31,226 bases of DNA, from positions 1 through 31,226 of the forward strand of contig CAZECW010000134.1 in the NCBI GenBank assembly GCA_964510585.1, in the 5' to 3' direction. Positions 26,905 through 31,226 of this stretch are shown piece after piece. Under the pieces are notes generated by a model. The model did not search any database. It was not told the DNA's origin and saw nothing but the letters and a program-made list of their open reading frames with translations. The stretch's first letter is position 1, and the number at the start of each line of letters is the position of its first letter. A program made the translations under genes and the position numbers. This DNA comes from an uncultured archaeon. Its GTDB lineage: Archaea; Asgardarchaeota; Jordiarchaeia; Jordiarchaeales; Jordiarchaeaceae.

Positions 26905-27507
26905 ATGAGTGCGGATGCCGCAGACCCTGGCCAAATGCCTAAACAGTCTCACTTACTTTATGAGACAATTATACAGGATTATCGCACTATTATTGGGGAT
27001 GAATTTGACGAAAGTTTTGTGGCGGTTCTGGAGCAGCTGTCAACTGATTTCGAAACCACTGAGGAGAAGATTGGTGCAGAGACAAACATGCCTTTCAAGG
27101 AGATTAGAAAGATTTTGTACAAATTGTATGATTCACGCATAGCAACTTATCGAATGGTTCGAGACCCCAATACTGGATACATTATATTTCTTTGGAAGTT
27201 GCTCCCCCTAAAGTGCAGTTTTGCAACATTCAGGCATAAAGCAATGCTTGCAATTAAAAGCTTAGAAGAAAGAATCGAATATGAGAAAAACAATACATTC
27301 TATCATTGTGGACTGAAAACGTGTCAGAAGCTCACCTTCGACCAGGCCATGGAAGCGGAGTTTAAATGTCCAACATGTACAAAACCACTACAACCGGTAA
27401 ACAACGAAGAAACAATAAATATGCTGAGAAACAAAATTCGGGAGCTACAAAAGGATATAGAAACCATTTCCAAAAGCCTCTCGGAGAACGAAAACACCAT
27501 TTCCTAA
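26905..27507 (+). CDS. tfe: Transcription factor E (TFE/TFIIE-alpha homolog)
   Basis: Winged helix TEEKIG..IRKILYKLYDSRIATY..RDPNTGYIIFLW and Zn ribbon C-x4-C..TFDQAMEAEFKCPTC..PL. ATG 26905 is preferred over TTG 26887 (GGAGGG RBS). Confidence 0.9.
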   Translation: MSADAADPGQMPKQSHLLYETIIQDYRTIIGDEFDESFVAVLEQLSTDFETTEEKIGAETNMPFKEIRKILYKLYDSRIATYRMVRDPNTGYIIFLWKLLPLKCSFATFRHKAMLAIKSLEERIEYEKNNTFYHCGLKTCQKLTFDQAMEAEFKCPTCTKPLQPVNNEETINMLRNKIRELQKDIETISKSLSENENTIS

Positions 27508-28044
27508 CCCAAAAGGCAATCTTATACCCCTAAAAAATAAAGTCGAGAGCATAAGAGATCCTTTTTGATCTTGGTTTTTTGGACGGCTCAGCAGGACGAG
27601 TGACTGCCCTCCCAAACTTAACACAACACCTGCAGACGAGCCTAGGAGAGTCCTCCTTTAGCAGAAGAAAAGTTAGAATTGGGATCTGGAAAACCAGCGC
27701 AAGAAAATAGTTTCCTGGCAGCTCAACACCCAAGTGCTGAGACACAAAGGAAACTTTTACGATAAAAAAGTGATGGAAATTGAGGGGGGCACAAAGTAAT
27801 AGGTGTGCATTTTTGTTTTTGGGTATGTGGAAGTGTTCTGCCCAACTTCCCTAATAGGGCTTATTTGGAAAAGAAGGCTTAATAACGCCTCCTTTACAGG
27901 CAGCCAGCAAACAAAAACACATACCCCCTGTGCAGAAAACATACCTGTAACATTATGCCATTGAGGGGGCATATAAAAAGCTGCATGATTTTTTCCATAA
28001 TACTTATGTGATGGGGAGAATACTTTTTATGAGGGAACATAAAA

Positions 28045-28401
28045 ATGTCAAGAGTTAGGGAAATATTTCAAAAAAAAGAAAGAAGAAAAGCAAGACTAAA
28101 CTCCTCGATGAACTTAATTATTAGAGAATTGGAGAAAATGGGGGTAATAAAAATTATACTCTTCGGCTCACTTGTTGAAGGAGAAATAGACATCCATAGT
28201 GACCTGGATCTTTTAATAATTATGCCTAGTGGTAGAAGCGGGAGGCAATGGATGAAACTGATATATGAAACATTAAGCCGAGAGGTGGCTTCCGACTTAA
28301 TAGTTTATAATGAGGACGAATTCGAGGAGAAACTCAAAATAAGCAGATTTCTTCAAAGCATAGTAAATTCGGGAAGAGTGGTTTATGAAAAAACCAATTA
28401 A
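28045..28401 (+). CDS. Minimal nucleotidyltransferase (MNT)
   Basis: IILFGSLVEG...SDLDLLII, with the later D in SDLIVY. Confidence 0.92.
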   Translation: MSRVREIFQKKERRKARLNSSMNLIIRELEKMGVIKIILFGSLVEGEIDIHSDLDLLIIMPSGRSGRQWMKLIYETLSREVASDLIVYNEDEFEEKLKISRFLQSIVNSGRVVYEKTN

Positions 28402-28795
28402 AGAAGAATCGTTGAGATGGTTCACCCATGCAAAGGACGAGTTTGAAGACGCAGATGAACTGCGAAGGAGAGGAAGATTCTACCTTGCGCTCTTCCATTT
28501 TCAGCAAGCAGCAGAAAAAGCTTTGAAAGCATATCTTTATTCGAAGCTCAAATCTGTTGAAGTGTTTTACACACATTCAATAGGGGAACTAGCCGAAATG
28601 GCGCTTGAAATAGATAAAGATTTTGAAAAAATTATGGCTGCCAAAAAACTGGACATATATTATCTTCCCACCCGCTACCCCAATAGTCTTCCAGGAGGAG
28701 TTCCCTCAAGATATTTCGACGACCCAAAAGAGGCAGAGGAAGCAATGCAACTTGCGAAAAGCATCATTGATCTAGTGGAAAAAAAATTAAGGTAA
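28385..28795 (+). CDS. HEPN-domain protein (partner of MNT)
   Basis: RWF..AKDEF, FHFQQAAEKALKAYL, THS, YYLPTRYP; overlaps the MNT gene by 17 bp. Confidence 0.92.
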   Translation: MKKPIKEESLRWFTHAKDEFEDADELRRRGRFYLALFHFQQAAEKALKAYLYSKLKSVEVFYTHSIGELAEMALEIDKDFEKIMAAKKLDIYYLPTRYPNSLPGGVPSRYFDDPKEAEEAMQLAKSIIDLVEKKLR

Positions 28796-29017
28796 GGAGA
28801 AATTTTTAGAAGGTTTTTCTGAATCCAATCCTTTCTAAATTAAATAACCATTTTGATACATGCTTTTCATCTCAAAAATCTTTAATGCTATTAGAATCCA
28901 AAAGCATACTACCCATAAGGGGATACTCTTGAGCAAAGTGTTCTTGGACTGCACCAAATTCTTTTTAAATCCAAAGCGCCCTTACTAGTTTATAAGTAAT
29001 ATTAGGGAGAGAGATAA

Positions 29018-30103
29018 ATGGAGAAGGCTCGTTTTACTCTTTTGCGTGGTGGAGCAGCTGAAGCCCTAGCTTCTGCTGCAACTACTTTTAAACATAGAAT
29101 AATGGGGAAAATTCCAGATACAGTGTCTGTTTGGATTGCGGATAGGCCCTGTGTGGCTATGGGCTACTATGAGGATATCGACTCTGTTGTAAACATTGAG
29201 GGAATTAAAAAGCACAAAGTGGAGCTGAGTAGAAGGTTTAGAGGTCAGGGTGCGGGGACATATTTCGCATCGCCGGGTTCAATGGTTTGGTCAGTAATAA
29301 CGAATAAGCTGGATAACATGGAGGAAGCAGCAAGACTCATCGTGGGGGACATAACGCTTGGATTATACAAGAAGGCGGGAATTGAGGGATTATGGTATAA
29401 GCATCCGGGGGATATTAAAACCGGTGAGAGGAAGCTGAGCGGGCATTCCGTCTCAAAAATATTTAACACAACACTGGTATTTACGTTTATAAACAGGGTT
29501 TCCCCTGACGCCGAGATGATGGCAGATGTAATCAAGTACCCTCCAGAAAAGGCTAAAGACAAAATCATAAAGGATCTAAGGGACTACGCTGCCAGTATCG
29601 AAAAAGATGGCAAAATAATGATGGATGAGGAAGAAATAATTGAATTCCTATTAGAATCAGTGAAAAATAAACTTGGAATAGAAGCAGAACCGGGTGAGCG
29701 AACACCCGAAGAACTAGCAGACATTGGCCGCTTAACAAAGTACATGTTGGATGATAAATTTGTTTTCAGGTATTCCAGCGAGAAATGGAAGAAGACTCTA
29801 CCCAGCGAGGATAGGGTTGGTTCCCACCAATACAAAGCCGCAAAACTCATTCAAGCCCACGTAGCAGTCGACCCCAACGGAATGATCGATGATGTACTTA
29901 TAACAGGAGACTTTTTGGTCAGACCACCACACGGGCACCAAGTAATAGCAGAAATGCTCAAGGGCAACATGGCGGCGAACAGCGCTGCAATAAAAGAAGT
30001 GGTTGAAAATGTGTTCTCGATGCCGGGCTTCGAATGCTCCGGAATTACAGCCGAAGAGTTCGCAACACCCATAATCGAAGCAGCAAAAAAAGCACTAGAA
30101 TAA
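29018..30103 (+). CDS. lplA: Lipoate--protein ligase A family protein with C-terminal domain
   Basis: [32 protein letters not shown], and C-terminal DVLITGDF. Confidence 0.8.
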   Translation: MEKARFTLLRGGAAEALASAATTFKHRIMGKIPDTVSVWIADRPCVAMGYYEDIDSVVNIEGIKKHKVELSRRFRGQGAGTYFASPGSMVWSVITNKLDNMEEAARLIVGDITLGLYKKAGIEGLWYKHPGDIKTGERKLSGHSVSKIFNTTLVFTFINRVSPDAEMMADVIKYPPEKAKDKIIKDLRDYAASIEKDGKIMMDEEEIIEFLLESVKNKLGIEAEPGERTPEELADIGRLTKYMLDDKFVFRYSSEKWKKTLPSEDRVGSHQYKAAKLIQAHVAVDPNGMIDDVLITGDFLVRPPHGHQVIAEMLKGNMAANSAAIKEVVENVFSMPGFECSGITAEEFATPIIEAAKKALE

Positions 30104-30142
30104 AAGAGTTCAAAAAGAGCAAACAAAACTCTTCCCTTTTTT
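30104..30142 (+). terminator. Putative terminator after lplA
   Basis: AAGAGTT...AACTCTT stem followed by CCCTTTTTT. Confidence 0.45.
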
Positions 30143-30278
30143 ATTAGCTAATACTGTTTCTTAATTTATTCACAGAAACATGTGGAAAATTAAAAAAATA
30201 TGAATTATGCAACACGGAGCCTCATTAAAAAGGCTTATAACTTTTTGATTCGTTCAAATTTGCAAGGAGGTTTTTGGT

Positions 30279-31121
30279 GTGGTAATTAGTGTACATGCGC
30301 ACCTGGCTCATAAAAATATGTGGTCTGACAAGTTCTGGGATTTTGTAGCTGACAATTACGCCAAGTCCTTGGGCGTACCCAAAAAAATGGTGGCTGAGCA
30401 AATGTTGCCCCAATTTTGGGCATCCAATGCTGAAGTTTTTGTTAAGGTGGCTGACAGTGCAGGCATCGACAAGGCTTTGGTTATGGGGGTTGATTGGGGT
30501 ATGTCTGTTGTTGGTGAAGCGGAATGGTCAGTGGAGGAGATGAACAAGTGGGTTGCAAAACAGGCTGATGAGTATCCAGATAAACTTGCTTCCCTATGCG
30601 CAATAGACCCTAGGAGAGGAGAGAGAGCGGTTAAACTGTTGGAAAAGGCAGTTGAAGAGTGGGGGATGAAGGGACTAAAGTTCCACCCCACTGCGGGTTA
30701 CTATCCTGATGACCGGAAGTTCTTTCCACTCTATGAGAAGTGTGTAGAGCTTGATGTTCCCCTCTATTCACACACAGCAGCAGTGATTTCGTCACCTATG
30801 GAGTCCAAATATGCGGACCCCATATATCTGGACAGTGCCGCAGCAAACTTTCCGGATCTAAAAATAGTTATGGTTCACTTCGGCGGAATGAACTGGACCC
30901 TGAAAGCAGCAGAGATTATGACTTCTAGACCCAATGTTTACGCCGAAATCTCTGCACACCAAGTAGCTGCTGCAGGCATGCCTCAATACTGGTTAACTAC
31001 TTTAAGAAACCTGCTCAATGTTCCATCTCTGCTAGGCTCTCCTCTTAAAGATAGGATAATGTTTGGAACAGACTGGCCCTACCTTCTTACAGAACCTTGG
31101 CGAGAAAGCCCCCGACTTTAG
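30279..31121 (+). pseudogene. Amidohydrolase-2 family metallo-enzyme, 3'-truncated by an insertion
   Basis: VHAH, KFHP, YSHT, VHFG, FGTDWPY. The last residues (about EPWRESPRL*) are read from the IS hairpin, and the usual closing helices are missing. Confidence 0.75.
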
Positions 31122-31226
31122 TCGCGGGGATGAATCGCCCAAAAAGCTTATAAGAAAGTAGGAAAGGATGATGATTGTTGGTAGCTGAAGGGTTTGGCTT
31201 GGGCTTAAGGGGCTAAACAAGACGCA
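31091..31226 (+). mobile_element. Left end of an IS200/IS605-family element (continues beyond the window)
   Basis: TTAC at 31087-31090, then GGCGA-GAAAG-CCCCCGACT-TT-AGTCGCGGGG-ATGAA-TCGCC (31099-31139; hairpin with bulge), then an AAAAGCTTATAAG BRE/TATA-like promoter. Confidence 0.75.

Noticed and set aside
27530-27972. ORB-like TGGAAATTGAGGGGGG (27774-27789), a second TTGAGGGGGC (27961-27970), and two short minus-strand ORFs
   Set aside because: Lacks the TCCA half of an ORB, has no inverted partner and no orc1/cdc6 nearby; the ORFs show no motifs.
1-31226. tRNA, rRNA, or Sec/Pyl read-through
   Set aside because: No cloverleaf or rRNA-like segment was seen, and no stop codon is followed by continued homology. 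The two truncations are better explained by insertions.

Overview
Archaeal genomic window (evidence: TFE gene, Lrp/AsnC regulator, TATA/BRE promoters, MNT-HEPN pair, GGAGG RBSs; an anaerobic heterotroph such as a Bathyarchaeia or Asgard lineage is an inference only). The core is a minus-strand operon (5764-12094) with class I benzoyl-CoA-reductase / 2-hydroxyacyl-CoA-dehydratase architecture: one beta-type subunit, two duplicated alpha-type subunits and a heterodimeric ATP-dependent activator. It ends in an uncharacterised 256-aa 'mini acetyl-CoA synthase' (ACS middle domain plus CxxC-x5-C). Nearby are a UroD/MT2-type methyltransferase, a CooC-type Ni ATPase, an acyl-CoA ligase and a crotonase. 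A second highlight is a 1515-aa membrane-anchored surface protein built from 96/97-aa and 75/76-aa Gly-periodic repeats (15 vs 12 Gly-initiated strands), which suggests a triangular beta-solenoid stalk. Also present: a 4 x ~54-bp double-palindrome array, a 17-bp-period operator triplet at hsp20, a Cys-less thiolase-fold/DUF35 pair, an M23-like secreted protein with a 60-bp internal duplication, an unannotated 59-aa RHH gene, and an IS200/IS605 left end truncating the last gene. The first gene is 5'-truncated as well. All assignments are by eye from motifs; no database searches were run.
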